Shown here: positions 30,803 to 41,059 of the stretch, piece by piece
How positions within the stretch are numbered: position 1 is the first letter of the stretch
Layout of the letters: every line of letters begins with the position of its first letter
Origin: Phycisphaerae bacterium
Lineage (GTDB): Bacteria; Planctomycetota; Phycisphaerae; UBA1845
DNA length: 64,000 nucleotides
Assembly: GCA_029260035.1 (NCBI GenBank)
Contig: JAJDEA010000130.1
Span: 24,985 to 88,984, forward strand
Direction of reading: 5' to 3'
Translations under genes and position numbers: made by a program
The notes under the pieces: model-generated
Seen by the model: the letters and a program-made list of their open reading frames with translations, nothing else
What the model was told of the DNA's origin: nothing
Database searches by the model: none

Positions 30803-30935
30803 AGGACAGTATCCTGTGCGAAGCGTACAATGGTTTCAAGGGCTTCGACCGCCGAATCGAACAGGGTTTTCTCAAATTCACAGCTACGGTGAACGCTCCG
30901 GTTGGCAGGTGCGACATCTTCGTGAGCACATTTCA

Positions 30936-31610
30936 ATGCCCCACAGAGAAAACGCTACGCTACGAAACATTTATGACCTTCTTTGGGCCGAGTACGGACC
31001 TCAACATTGGTGGCCCGCCGACTCGGCAACTGAAGTCATCATCGGGGCCATCCTCACTCAAAACACCGCCTGGAAAAATGTTGAGCACGCTATCAAGAAC
31101 CTCAAGCAAGCGGATTATCTTTCCTGGCTTGAGATTCGGAACATCGAAACGGATCGGCTTGAAAAACTGCTTAAGCCTGCCGGAACGTATCGAATCAAAG
31201 CAAGAAGGCTGAAGGGATTCGTCGAGACGCTGTGGAAACAATGGGAAGGCTCACACGAATCGCTACTCTCTGGGCCTACCGAAGAGGTTCGGTGTCGCCT
31301 TCTTGCCATTTCCGGAATCGGGCCGGAAACCGCTGACGCAATCCTGCTCTATGCGGGGAACCATCCCATCTTCGTCGTGGATACATATACAAAGCGCATC
31401 CTGCGACGTCATGGCGTGATTGACGATTCGGCGACCTACGGAACCATCCAATCGCTTTTTCATCAGGAGTTGGAACCGTCTGCGGAGAATGTACAGGTGT
31501 TCAATGAATACCACGCGCTTCTCGTGGAACTCGGGAAAAGACATTGTCGGACCAAGGCAATCTGCACAGGCTGCCCGCTCGAAGATTTACCCCACAAGGA
31601 ACAATTGTAA
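30936..31610 (+). CDS. Endonuclease III-related HhH-GPD protein
   Basis: GPQHWWP, GAILTQNTAW.NV, HhH LLAISGIGPETADAILLYA, VVDTY, EYHALLV, C-terminal Cys cluster. Confidence 0.88.
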   Translation: MPHRENATLRNIYDLLWAEYGPQHWWPADSATEVIIGAILTQNTAWKNVEHAIKNLKQADYLSWLEIRNIETDRLEKLLKPAGTYRIKARRLKGFVETLWKQWEGSHESLLSGPTEEVRCRLLAISGIGPETADAILLYAGNHPIFVVDTYTKRILRRHGVIDDSATYGTIQSLFHQELEPSAENVQVFNEYHALLVELGKRHCRTKAICTGCPLEDLPHKEQL

Positions 31611-31696
31611 CAAGCGCCCTACCTGCTACCATTTCACGGACAGAGTTCGATCACCGAAAAGGAAAAACTTCCAAGTCACTTGAGCGAGTTAGAGCA

Positions 31697-32755
31697 TTGC
31701 AAGCACCGCAATCAGTCCTACGAATCATTGACGCAAACCTGAACCGGGCGCGCGAAGCATTGCGCGTTACGGAAGAGTATGTGCGCTTCGACCTCGAGGA
31801 TCGATCACTCACCGAAGAATTCAAGAAGTTGCGACACAGCCTTGCAAGCGCTTTGCCCGCTGATATTGATCACCTGTTGCTTTCAGCTCGTCATACCCAG
31901 GGCGATGTCGGAACCACTATCGCGACTGATTTTGAACACATGCGCCACGGGACATCGCATGTCGCACTCGCCGCGACAAAGAGGCTGAGCGAAGCACTTC
32001 GGGCACTCGAAGAATATGGAAAAACATTTAATGAGGGCTTTGCGGCGAAGGTCGAGGCCATGCGATATCAAGGCTACGAACTGGAGCAACGAATCGCATT
32101 GGTAGAAAAAGCTCGTACGCGATTTAGACACATTCGACTCTACGTCTTACTTACAGAATCCCTTTGCAGCACGTCATGGCTCGCAACGGCCAAAGCGGTC
32201 TTGGCTGGCGGCGCGGATTGCATTCAACTTCGTGAGAAAAACCTTGGCGATCGTGAATTGCTTGAACGCACCAGAATACTATCCGAATTATGCCATGAAA
32301 ACGACACTCTGTGCATCGTCAACGATCGACCAGACATCGCAATACTAGGTCACGCCGATGGTGTTCACATTGGGCAGGATGACATGAACGTCTGGGATAC
32401 GAGACGCGTACTTACTGCTACCGCGATCATTGGCGTGAGCACGCATTCGTCAAAGCAGGCGCAGTCGGCTTGCGAAGATTCTCCAGATTACGTTGCGGTT
32501 GGCCCGATGTTCGCGTCATCAACGAAAACCCAGTCTCAAACCGCTGGTCCGAATATATTACGAGCCGTGGCGGATAGCACATCACTGCCGATTGTTGCGA
32601 TTGGCGGGATCGACGAAACAAATATTGAAAAAGTACTCGGCGCAGCGCGATGCGGGATTTGTATTTGTAGTGCGATAATATCGCAACAAGACGCACTCGT
32701 TGCTACGCAGCGCATCCGTGCAATGATCGATGACTTTCCCGGCGACACCACATAG
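31697..32755 (+). CDS. thiE: Thiamine-phosphate synthase with N-terminal helical (ThiD2-type) extension
   Basis: RIIDANLNRAREALRV.EE N-domain; IQLREK, IVNDRPD, GVHIGQDD, GVSTH, VAIGGI; start uncertain (TTG 31697). Confidence 0.9.
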   Translation: MQAPQSVLRIIDANLNRAREALRVTEEYVRFDLEDRSLTEEFKKLRHSLASALPADIDHLLLSARHTQGDVGTTIATDFEHMRHGTSHVALAATKRLSEALRALEEYGKTFNEGFAAKVEAMRYQGYELEQRIALVEKARTRFRHIRLYVLLTESLCSTSWLATAKAVLAGGADCIQLREKNLGDRELLERTRILSELCHENDTLCIVNDRPDIAILGHADGVHIGQDDMNVWDTRRVLTATAIIGVSTHSSKQAQSACEDSPDYVAVGPMFASSTKTQSQTAGPNILRAVADSTSLPIVAIGGIDETNIEKVLGAARCGICICSAIISQQDALVATQRIRAMIDDFPGDTT

Positions 32756-33219
32756 TTGAATCGCCGGGCTATTCCACCCAACTTAAACCACGCCAAAGCC
32801 ATCAAACTCAACATGCTGACCTTCGATATCAGCCAACACAAGACATCGTGGTTTCGGAGTCTGATAAGCCTTCGTTGCTCGATAATGAAGGACCTCGGAA
32901 ATTGCGAATGGGGACAAAGACCGCTAGCCGATAGTGATGCTGGCGCGTTCGCGCGCACAGGGGCGATTGACCCGATGAATCGCTCCTAAGTCGTTCGGTG
33001 GGAAGTAGTTAATCGTCGTGATTCGTTGACTTGACCCTATGACGAATCATACGATTTAGGGGTTATCGGAGTCGTTGGAATAACTTCGAGACCAAGTCCG
33101 CCGTAAGCATTGGTAGGCCAATTTGCCTCTGCTTCTCTTGCACGGGAATAAATCGCGTCGAAGAGCGGTCGCCCGCGCATGTTGAGAAGTTAGGCAAATC
33201 TTCTGGGAGAGCTTCGCTC

Positions 33220-35283
33220 ATGACAAATGCCCAAGAAATCCTTTCGCTTGTAGAACAAAATCTCGACGCCAACGATTTTCGCCAGCAACACTGGGAGGGA
33301 TCGTTTGAGGAATATTTGAGTTTGGTAACGAAAGACCCACGAATTGCGCGCAATGCTTTCCAACGTATCTATGACATGATTATGAGCTTCGGCAGCGAAC
33401 GATACAAATGGCTGCGCGAGGAATACGTTCGGTATAACTTCTTCTCCGACCCGATCGACAATGGAGCAGACGCCATCTTTGGCTTGGATCGCGCACTGAT
33501 GAATCTTGTGGACTTTTTTAAGTCTGCAGCGCATCGGTATGGCACTGAACGACGAATCCTGCTGCTGCATGGGCCTGTCGGATCGTCCAAGAGCACCATA
33601 GCCCGGCTGCTCAAGAAAGGGCTGGAGCACTACTCCAAGCTGGACGAAGGGGCACTGTATACGTTCTCCTGGCACCTTCCGGACGAAGAAGGGAAGACCG
33701 TTTGCCACACATGCCCGATGCACGAAGACCCGCTAAAGCTGATTCCAATTGAGGCGCGGAAAGCTGTCTTTGAGAAGATCAATCGCGATCTGAGCGAAGG
33801 TCAGCAAGTGAGGATCGAGGGCGCGCTGGATCCATTCTGCAGAAGAATGTTTGACGATCTGCTAGTGAAATATGACGGCAACTGGAGAGAAGTCTTGCAG
33901 CACATTCGCGTAAGGCGAGTCATTCTCAGTGAAAAAGATCGTGTGGGCATTGGGACTTTTCAGCCCAAAGACGAGAAGAACCAGGATTCAACTGAGCTGA
34001 CGGGAGATATCAACTATCGCAAGATCGCCGAATACGGCAGCGACAGCGACCCACGGGCGTTTAATTTCGACGGGGAACTCAACGTCGCAAACCGTGGCTT
34101 GGTCGAGTTTATCGAAGTGTTGAAGTTGGATGTCGCGTTTCTGTATGACCTGCTCGGCGCATCGCAAGAGCACGTCATTAAGCCAAAGAAATTCGCCCAG
34201 ACGCACATCGACGAAGTCATCATCGGGCATACGAACGAGCCGGAGTACAAGAAGCTCCAATCAAACGAACTCATGGAGGCTTTTAGAGATCGAACGATCA
34301 AGATCGACGTACCCTACAACAGCAAACTCGACGATGAAATCGCGATCTACACGAAGGACTTCAACAAGGACCGCATTCGCGGGATTCACATTGCCCCGCA
34401 CACAATCGAAGTAGCCGCCATGTGGGCAGTCATGACGCGACTCGAAGACCCCAAGAAAGCGGGTTTGACGCTGACTCAGAAACTCAAGCTCTACAACGGC
34501 AAGAGTATTCCGAACTTCACCGAAGACTCGGTCCGCGAGATCAAGGAAGAATCGCCGCGAGAGGGCATGCAGGGGATTAGCCCACGATACATCCAGGACA
34601 AGCTATCCAACTGCCTTGTCAACGACCAGGCAATACAGGAAAAATGCATCAACCCTTTCATGCTGATGAATGAGCTTGAAGGCGGTCTCGCTCACCATAG
34701 CCTCATTACAGACGAAGAACAGAAGACCAGATACCGAGAGCTGCTCGGCATGGTGCGCGAAGAATACGAAGACATCCTCAAGTCAGAGGTGCAGCGAGCC
34801 ATCAGTGCGGATGAAGACGCCATTGCCAGACTTTGCTCCAACTACATTGACAACGTTCGAGCCTACACCCAACACGAGAAGGTCAGAAACCGCTATACCG
34901 GCAAGGACGAGGAGCCAAACGAAAGGCTCATGCGCTCGATCGAAGAAAAGATCGAGATTCCCGACACGCGCAAAGATGACTTCCGTCAGGAAATCATGAA
35001 CTACATCGGTGCGCTATCTCTCGACGGAAAGAAATTCGAGTTTCATACAAATGCCCGATTACACAAGGCGCTGGAACTCAAATTGTTTGAAGATCAGCGC
35101 GATACCATCAAGCTAAAAAATGTCGTCTCAGGCGTAGTGGATGACGAGACACAGGCGAAAATCGACGTCGTTAAACAACGGCTGATCAAATACTTTGGCT
35201 ACAACGAGACCAGCGCGACGGACGTGCTGAACTACGTCGCAAGCATTTTCGCGAGGGGCGACACGAAGCAAAAAGAAGAATAG
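33220..35283 (+). CDS. prkA: PrkA/YeaG AAA+ serine protein kinase
   Basis: [59 protein letters not shown]. Confidence 0.95.
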   Translation: MTNAQEILSLVEQNLDANDFRQQHWEGSFEEYLSLVTKDPRIARNAFQRIYDMIMSFGSERYKWLREEYVRYNFFSDPIDNGADAIFGLDRALMNLVDFFKSAAHRYGTERRILLLHGPVGSSKSTIARLLKKGLEHYSKLDEGALYTFSWHLPDEEGKTVCHTCPMHEDPLKLIPIEARKAVFEKINRDLSEGQQVRIEGALDPFCRRMFDDLLVKYDGNWREVLQHIRVRRVILSEKDRVGIGTFQPKDEKNQDSTELTGDINYRKIAEYGSDSDPRAFNFDGELNVANRGLVEFIEVLKLDVAFLYDLLGASQEHVIKPKKFAQTHIDEVIIGHTNEPEYKKLQSNELMEAFRDRTIKIDVPYNSKLDDEIAIYTKDFNKDRIRGIHIAPHTIEVAAMWAVMTRLEDPKKAGLTLTQKLKLYNGKSIPNFTEDSVREIKEESPREGMQGISPRYIQDKLSNCLVNDQAIQEKCINPFMLMNELEGGLAHHSLITDEEQKTRYRELLGMVREEYEDILKSEVQRAISADEDAIARLCSNYIDNVRAYTQHEKVRNRYTGKDEEPNERLMRSIEEKIEIPDTRKDDFRQEIMNYIGALSLDGKKFEFHTNARLHKALELKLFEDQRDTIKLKNVVSGVVDDETQAKIDVVKQRLIKYFGYNETSATDVLNYVASIFARGDTKQKEE

Positions 35284-35472
35284 ACAGAACAGGCTCAATA
35301 CAACGGCTTCAGATACATCGTTGTTCTTGTTTTTGCTGAAACAATACATCACAGCAGCGATACGCAATTGGCAGAAACAAGGCAAGTTGCGTCGGACTCG
35401 GAGTTTTCCGTGAACGGAATCACGCAATGGACTTGAAGGAGAATTGCATCCGATCGTTTGGTGCAAGTCGAT

Positions 35473-36570
35473 ATGATACTTCAAATCAACAACGATCACC
35501 AACGGTTTCGCAAGATCGTCAAAGGGCGTATACGCGACGACCTCCGCAAGTTCCTGACACGAGGAGAGCTTCTAGGCAGAGAGGGCAAGAAGCTTATTAG
35601 CATTCCGGTTCATGGTATCGACACACCTCACTTTCGATACGGCGACAACAACGATGCAGGCGTCGGCAAGGGCGACGGGAAACCCGGAGATGACGTGCAA
35701 GGCGAAGGGGGCATGGGCCCCGGCGGCACGGAAAAAGGCAATCACATACTCGAAGTAGATGTCTCGCTCGACGAACTGGCAGACATCCTCGGCGAAGAGC
35801 TTCAGCTTCCTCGAATTCAACCCAAGGGTAAACATCGAATTACTTCTGAGCGCGATCGCTACACAGGCATTCGTCAAACGGGTCCGGAATCCTTGCGTCA
35901 TTTCAAGAGGACATTCCGCCGGGCACTTCGCAGGCAGATCATGTCCGGGCTTTACGACCCCAATTCGCCACGAGTGGTTTTTGAACGCAAAGACAAAGTC
36001 TATCGAAGTTGGAAGACGGTGCTAAGCCCTCAATCCAATGCGGTCATTATCTACATGATGGACGTTTCCGGCTCCATGGGCGACGAACAAAAAGAGCTGG
36101 TTAGGCTCGAAGCATTTTGGATCGACGCCTGGCTACGCAGGAATTATCAGGGAATCGAAAGTCGGTACATTGTCCACGACGTCCGGGCTGGCGAAGTCGA
36201 TCGCGAGACCTTCTTCCGCATCCGAGAGGACGGCGGAACGCGAATCAGTAGCGCATTTCGCGTCGCACGCGAACTCATTGAAAACAACTACGCTCCATCG
36301 GAATGGAACATTTACCTTTTCCATTTTTCTGACGGTGATAACAGCAGCGAGTCGGACAGCAGGGAATGCTGTACCGTTTTGCGAGAGGCCATGCTTCCCA
36401 ACGTGAATATGTTTGGTTATTGCCAGGTCGCAAGCGCCTATGGAAGCGGCAATTTCATTAACGTGCTTCATGAACACCTTTCCGAAGAGGAAAACATCAT
36501 TACGAGTCGAGTCAACACAAAGGACGACATATACGACAGCATCAAGACATTTTTTACACCCGGGAAATAA
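35473..36570 (+). CDS. yeaH: YeaH/YhbH (DUF444) VWA-like protein
   Basis: DH.RFRKIVKG, EELQLP.I.PK, MMDVSGSM (MIDAS-like), GGT.ISSA, WNIY.FHFSDGDN. Confidence 0.92.
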   Translation: MILQINNDHQRFRKIVKGRIRDDLRKFLTRGELLGREGKKLISIPVHGIDTPHFRYGDNNDAGVGKGDGKPGDDVQGEGGMGPGGTEKGNHILEVDVSLDELADILGEELQLPRIQPKGKHRITSERDRYTGIRQTGPESLRHFKRTFRRALRRQIMSGLYDPNSPRVVFERKDKVYRSWKTVLSPQSNAVIIYMMDVSGSMGDEQKELVRLEAFWIDAWLRRNYQGIESRYIVHDVRAGEVDRETFFRIREDGGTRISSAFRVARELIENNYAPSEWNIYLFHFSDGDNSSESDSRECCTVLREAMLPNVNMFGYCQVASAYGSGNFINVLHEHLSEEENIITSRVNTKDDIYDSIKTFFTPGK

Positions 36571-36674
36571 TCGAACCCGCAATCAGAGGCTTATGTTGTG
36601 GCCAGGCTCGTTTTGATCCTCGAAAATCGTGACAGCATTTTGACCTTCGCGGGAAAGACCTTGTAAGTTCAGCC

Positions 36675-38246
36675 ATGAACAAACCACTTCCTAAAGAAAT
36701 TGCTCAGCAGGCAGAAATCATAGCCGAGCACGCCAGACGCGAAGGCCTCGACTTCTACCCGACCGTGTTTGAAATGCTCACGTCAGACCAAATGTCGCAG
36801 GTCGCTGCGTATGGCGGGTTTCCAAGACGATACCCACACTGGCGTTTCGGTATGGAGTATGAAAAACTCCGAAAGCAACACCAATATGGCCTGGGCCGAA
36901 TTTACGAGATGGTCATCAACAACAACCCGTGTTACGCATACCTGCTTCATGACAACCTGCCGGTGGACCACAAGACCGTCATCGGCCATGTGTATGCTCA
37001 CTGCGATTTCTTCAAGAACAATCGTTGGTTCAGCAAGACCAACCGAAAAATGATTGATGAAATGGCCAATCACGCAACGCGCATTCAAAGGCATGTGGAT
37101 CGCCAAGGCATCGAAGCAGTAGAACAAACAATCGACACCTATCTGGCACTCGAAAACCTGATCGACCCACACTCCGTATTCATGCGCCGGCATGCGGAAA
37201 CCCACGCCGCACCCATGAATGCTCAAAAAGACAAAAGCTCCGAAACCAACGGGAACAACGTCACGCGATATCCAGCTAAACCTTACATGGACCGCTACAT
37301 CAACCCGCCGGCTGATCTTGCAAGCGAGCGCAGAGAGCAACTGGAAGAGGAGCAAATCGCCAATACTGCATTCCCGGAATCGCCCGTGCGCGATGTGTTG
37401 CTGTTTCTGCTGCAAAATGCTCCGCTGGCGGATTGGGAAGCAGACATCCTTTCCATCATCCGCCAGGAGGCTTACTACTTTGCACCGCAAGGGCAGACGA
37501 AAATCCTCAACGAAGGATGGGCAAGCTATTGGCACTCTACATTGATGACCAATTACATTCTCACGGACGCGGAGCTGATCGACTATTGCGAGCACCACGC
37601 GGGAACACTCGCTACCTCGCCTGGCAGACTGAACCCCTATAAGCTGGGAATCGAGCTTCTCCGCGATATTGAAAAACGATGGAACACGGGGCGCTATGGC
37701 CCGGAGTATGACGCATGTACCGACATGACCGAACGCCGAAAATGGGGCCGAGATAAGAAGATTAAAGGGCGCGTCGTGGGGAAGGACTCACCGGGCAGAC
37801 GAAAAATCTACGAAGTGCGCGAGCTATACAATGACGTCACGTTTCTTGACGAGTTTCTGACACCAGAGTTCGTCGACGAGCAAGACCTCTACCACTATCG
37901 ATACGACCCCGCGACCGGCAAGATGGTCGTCGTGAACCGTGATTTCAACCAGATTAAGCAGCAAATGCTTTTTATGCTGACGAACCACGCCCAGCCTTAT
38001 ATTTATGTCGTGGATGGCAATTATCGCAATCGGGGTGAGCTTTATCTGGCACATCGTCACAACGGGCCGGATTTGGAAATCAAGTACGCGATGGCGACGC
38101 TCAAAGAGCTACAAAAAATCTGGAAAAGACCCGTACATCTCGCAGCCCGTATCGATGACGATCAAATCCTCTTCAGCTTTGATGGCGAAAAATCCTCGCA
38201 GCAACAAATCGACGACAACGTTGAGTCCGCGGCACATCAGGTTTAG
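36675..38246 (+). CDS. spoVR: SpoVR/YcgB family protein
   Basis: GGFP.RY.HWRFG, IYEMVINNNPCYAYL, HVYAH.DFFKNN, YYFAPQGQTKILNEGWASYWH, NPYKLG. Confidence 0.95.
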   Translation: MNKPLPKEIAQQAEIIAEHARREGLDFYPTVFEMLTSDQMSQVAAYGGFPRRYPHWRFGMEYEKLRKQHQYGLGRIYEMVINNNPCYAYLLHDNLPVDHKTVIGHVYAHCDFFKNNRWFSKTNRKMIDEMANHATRIQRHVDRQGIEAVEQTIDTYLALENLIDPHSVFMRRHAETHAAPMNAQKDKSSETNGNNVTRYPAKPYMDRYINPPADLASERREQLEEEQIANTAFPESPVRDVLLFLLQNAPLADWEADILSIIRQEAYYFAPQGQTKILNEGWASYWHSTLMTNYILTDAELIDYCEHHAGTLATSPGRLNPYKLGIELLRDIEKRWNTGRYGPEYDACTDMTERRKWGRDKKIKGRVVGKDSPGRRKIYEVRELYNDVTFLDEFLTPEFVDEQDLYHYRYDPATGKMVVVNRDFNQIKQQMLFMLTNHAQPYIYVVDGNYRNRGELYLAHRHNGPDLEIKYAMATLKELQKIWKRPVHLAARIDDDQILFSFDGEKSSQQQIDDNVESAAHQV

Positions 38247-38269
38247 ACTCCGCATGACGGAGACTTTTC

Positions 38270-38857
38270 GTGAGACGTATTGCTCTTTGCATTCTGGTTC
38301 CCGCCTCCTTGGCTCTGACCGCAATGTGTTGCGTATCAGCTTGGCATAACTATTGGCATCCCAAGATCCGCCCTGACCGAGTCGATTCAGCGGGCATCCG
38401 AACCATGGAGTTTCAGCGTGACCTTTGGCTCTTTGCGGCCACAAAGGTTCGCGGTACTGATCGGATGTGGGGCGGTATCGGCTGGAACAGGCGAAACATG
38501 GTTGCCATGTGCAAAGTCGCGAGGGATATCGAAGGTGACGATCTCCCAGAAGGATATTGGCAAAGTATAAAACGTAAATCGAACGATCACCTTCGCTCAA
38601 GGCTCAGGTCCAGGCAAAATGCCACCCTGTGCTTCGAAACGAGGGATTTTGGGCGGATGACGTGGTACTGGTGCTACATTCCACTTTGGCTGGCTTGGGC
38701 AGTTGTTTCGCCATACCCAATTTTTGTCGTAGCTAAGGCCATACTCTTGCCACGACTCCGACGCAAACGAGGACAATGCGGGAGTTGCGGCTACGACCTG
38801 ACCGGCAATGTGTCGGGCGCCTGCTCCGAATGCGGGAGAAAGATAGCGTCACCATGA
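38270..38857 (+). CDS. Hypothetical membrane protein with C-terminal CxxCGYDL...CxECG zinc finger
   Basis: N- and C-proximal hydrophobic segments; RRKRGQCGSCGYDLTGNVSGACSECG. Confidence 0.7.
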   Translation: MRRIALCILVPASLALTAMCCVSAWHNYWHPKIRPDRVDSAGIRTMEFQRDLWLFAATKVRGTDRMWGGIGWNRRNMVAMCKVARDIEGDDLPEGYWQSIKRKSNDHLRSRLRSRQNATLCFETRDFGRMTWYWCYIPLWLAWAVVSPYPIFVVAKAILLPRLRRKRGQCGSCGYDLTGNVSGACSECGRKIASP

Positions 38858-38897
38858 TTCTTTCAGGATTGTTGAAACTCGACACCGCGCCTGAGTA

Positions 38898-39290
38898 TTA
38901 TTGCTTGACAACGGGCGTCGGCTTACCCTGCTCATCGATCGCAACGAAAACGACATCCGCTTCCGTCACCTTGACGACCTCTTCAAGATTATCCCTTCGA
39001 CGAGCGCACGCCCGAATGTGAATATCAATCGACGTCCGACCGATGCGCGTGGCATTCGCATAAAGGCTGAGCACATCTCCAACGAAAACGGGTTCGTGAA
39101 ATTCAACCTCTTTGAACTTTACCGTCACATACCGGTGATGGGCTTGACGAACAGCTTCCACATACGCCGCCTGGTCAATGAGCGATAAAATCACGCCACC
39201 GAAAATCGTCCCTTGCCCGTTTGTGTCTCTGGGCATCATCACCACGCGAATGGCGGGTTCGTTGGATGGAGGTTTTGGGTCACACGACAT
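38898..39290 (-). CDS. Acyl-CoA thioesterase (YciA-type hotdog fold)
   Basis: MPRDTNGQGTIFGG, D.AA, F.EPV.VGD, GRTS, VFVAID. Confidence 0.9.
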   Translation of the reverse strand: MSCDPKPPSNEPAIRVVMMPRDTNGQGTIFGGVILSLIDQAAYVEAVRQAHHRYVTVKFKEVEFHEPVFVGDVLSLYANATRIGRTSIDIHIRACARRRDNLEEVVKVTEADVVFVAIDEQGKPTPVVKQ

Positions 39291-39341
39291 AATGTCTACA
39301 CCTACCAGGTTTGCTGGCGATAGCAAGCACTTGAGCAAGCT

Positions 39342-40121
39342 CTAATTCGCATTCAACATCAGCATCCATAAAACCCCGGCGATCAGGAGCATCAATACTG
39401 ACCCAATGACAATGGGAAACCGATACAAGTACAATCGCGCCAAATGCCTTACATACCGAATCTGCTCCCGAAAATTGAGCTTACTCTCGCCGGCGTGCCG
39501 CTTGGCGAATCGGATCGGTACGTCGATTGGCTTCGAACAGCTACATTTCACATACAACTCCAACGCAATCTTGTAGCCGATTGGATTGAGCAAATTCGCA
39601 CGCTCCCAGGTTTTGCGATGAATCGCGAAGAACCCCGACATCGGATCGCTAAGCGGCGCCAAAGGCCTAGCGAGCGCCGTAGCCACCCAGCTGATCACGC
39701 GCCGATGAAACGGCCAATGCATGTCGATTTGGCCACCTGGTCCATAGCGTGTACCGATCGCAAAGTCACAGCCTGGCTGGTCGAGCGTTTCCAACAATTG
39801 CGGAATCATCTCGGGCGGGTGCTGCAAATCCGCATCGAGAACAACGAAATGGTCGAATTTCGCCAGCTGAAATCCCGCGAGCACCGCACTTGAGAGTCCT
39901 CGGCTTTCGGTGCGCACCTGCAAACGAACCGGATATTTCTTGCTCAATTCCTCGATAATCCGCTCAGTCCCGTCCCGCGAATCATCATCAACAATGATAA
40001 GCTCAGCCTCAATCCGTGCCTCTTTGGTGGCGCCAAAGACACGTTCAGCGAGCGCCGCGAGATTCGGCGCTTCGCAATAAGTCGGCACAACAATCGACGC
40101 AGCCAAACGAGAAGTAGGCAT
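39342..40121 (-). CDS. Polyprenol monophosphomannose synthase (GT2, Dpm1-like)
   Basis: IVVPTY.E, VDDDS.DGT, GLSSAV, DADLQHPPE, SDPMSGFF, GYKI.LE, R..GESKL. Confidence 0.9.
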   Translation of the reverse strand: MPTSRLAASIVVPTYCEAPNLAALAERVFGATKEARIEAELIIVDDDSRDGTERIIEELSKKYPVRLQVRTESRGLSSAVLAGFQLAKFDHFVVLDADLQHPPEMIPQLLETLDQPGCDFAIGTRYGPGGQIDMHWPFHRRVISWVATALARPLAPLSDPMSGFFAIHRKTWERANLLNPIGYKIALELYVKCSCSKPIDVPIRFAKRHAGESKLNFREQIRYVRHLARLYLYRFPIVIGSVLMLLIAGVLWMLMLNAN

Positions 40122-40249
40122 GTATAAAGATCATATCCTTGTGGGATTGTGCCGCAAGCGAAGAAAACGATTGACAGTGGTCGTGAGGAGCGGTACATAC
40201 TTCATTGCTGCGTGACACTTGAAACGGATGTCAATCACGGGCCAATCTA

Positions 40250-41059
40250 GTGTTTATCGCCATCGGTTCAAAAACTTTCGATTCACTCGCATCACTAGGG
40301 AGGGCTGCATTCTTTTCATGGCAAATGATGCGATGGTTGCTGCCCGGATTGTTTCAATGGCGAACCTGGAAGCGCACCATGCCTTTGCTTTACGAAGTAG
40401 GCAACCGAACGCTCCCCGTTATCATTATAACCGGCACATTTGTCGGCCTTGTGCTCGCCGTGCAGAGCTACGATCAGTTGCACGCCGCGGGCTTCGAGCA
40501 GCGAATGGGCGTACTCCTCACTGCGACGCTGATCCCCGAGCTTGGGCCGGTTCTTGCCGGTGTCATGCTGGCCGGGCGGGTAGGCGGTGCGCTCACTGCA
40601 GAACTCGGAACCATGCGTGTCACCGAGCAAATCAGCGCGCTCACCGTCATGGGAACGGACCCCATCCGCCAACTCGTCGTGCCACGATTCCTGGCCTGCA
40701 TGCTTTTCGCTCCGCTCTTGACTTTTTCTTGTGACATATTTGGGTCACTCGCTGGGTGGTTCGTCGCCGTCGTGATGAAAGATATTCCGTCAAGCCCCTA
40801 TTGGTATTACATCGCCTATTCGATGGAAACATGGGACATCATGGTGGGTTTCTTGAAAAGTGTGGTATTCGGCGCCGCCATCGGATTCATCGCATGTTAC
40901 AAAGGGTTTCATTGCCGGAATGGTGCAGAGGGTGTCGGTCGAGCATGCACCGAGTCTTTCGTAATCAGTTTCATCGTGCTCCTCGTGACGGACTTCTTCA
41001 TTGGCACGTTTTTCTCAGGGCTTTATCGTGCCTTGTATGGACTCAAGAGCTTGGTGTGA
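40250..41059 (+). CDS. mlaE: MlaE family lipid ABC transporter permease
   Basis: ELGPVL...LAGRVG....AELGTMRVTEQI.AL..MG.DP...LVVPR, GAEGVG. Confidence 0.92.
   Translation: MFIAIGSKTFDSLASLGRAAFFSWQMMRWLLPGLFQWRTWKRTMPLLYEVGNRTLPVIIITGTFVGLVLAVQSYDQLHAAGFEQRMGVLLTATLIPELGPVLAGVMLAGRVGGALTAELGTMRVTEQISALTVMGTDPIRQLVVPRFLACMLFAPLLTFSCDIFGSLAGWFVAVVMKDIPSSPYWYYIAYSMETWDIMVGFLKSVVFGAAIGFIACYKGFHCRNGAEGVGRACTESFVISFIVLLVTDFFIGTFFSGLYRALYGLKSLV

Noticed and set aside
31611-31696. TPP riboswitch upstream of thiE
   Set aside because: No CTGAGA/ACCTGA/GCGTAGGGAA elements and the gap is short
32756-32989. 77-aa ORF after thiE, and short ORFs in 19417-20106 and 46081-46518
   Set aside because: No SD, motifs or convincing composition; treated as intergenic
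36783-37598. 271-aa antisense ORF, and similar long shadow ORFs (27117-27839, 41854-42546, 10836-11489)
   Set aside because: They lie opposite well-supported genes and have no motifs; expected from codon bias
40171-40201. sigma70 promoter for mlaE (TTGACA at 40171)
   Set aside because: The -10 element is weak at 17-bp spacing (TACATA); not enough support to list as a feature
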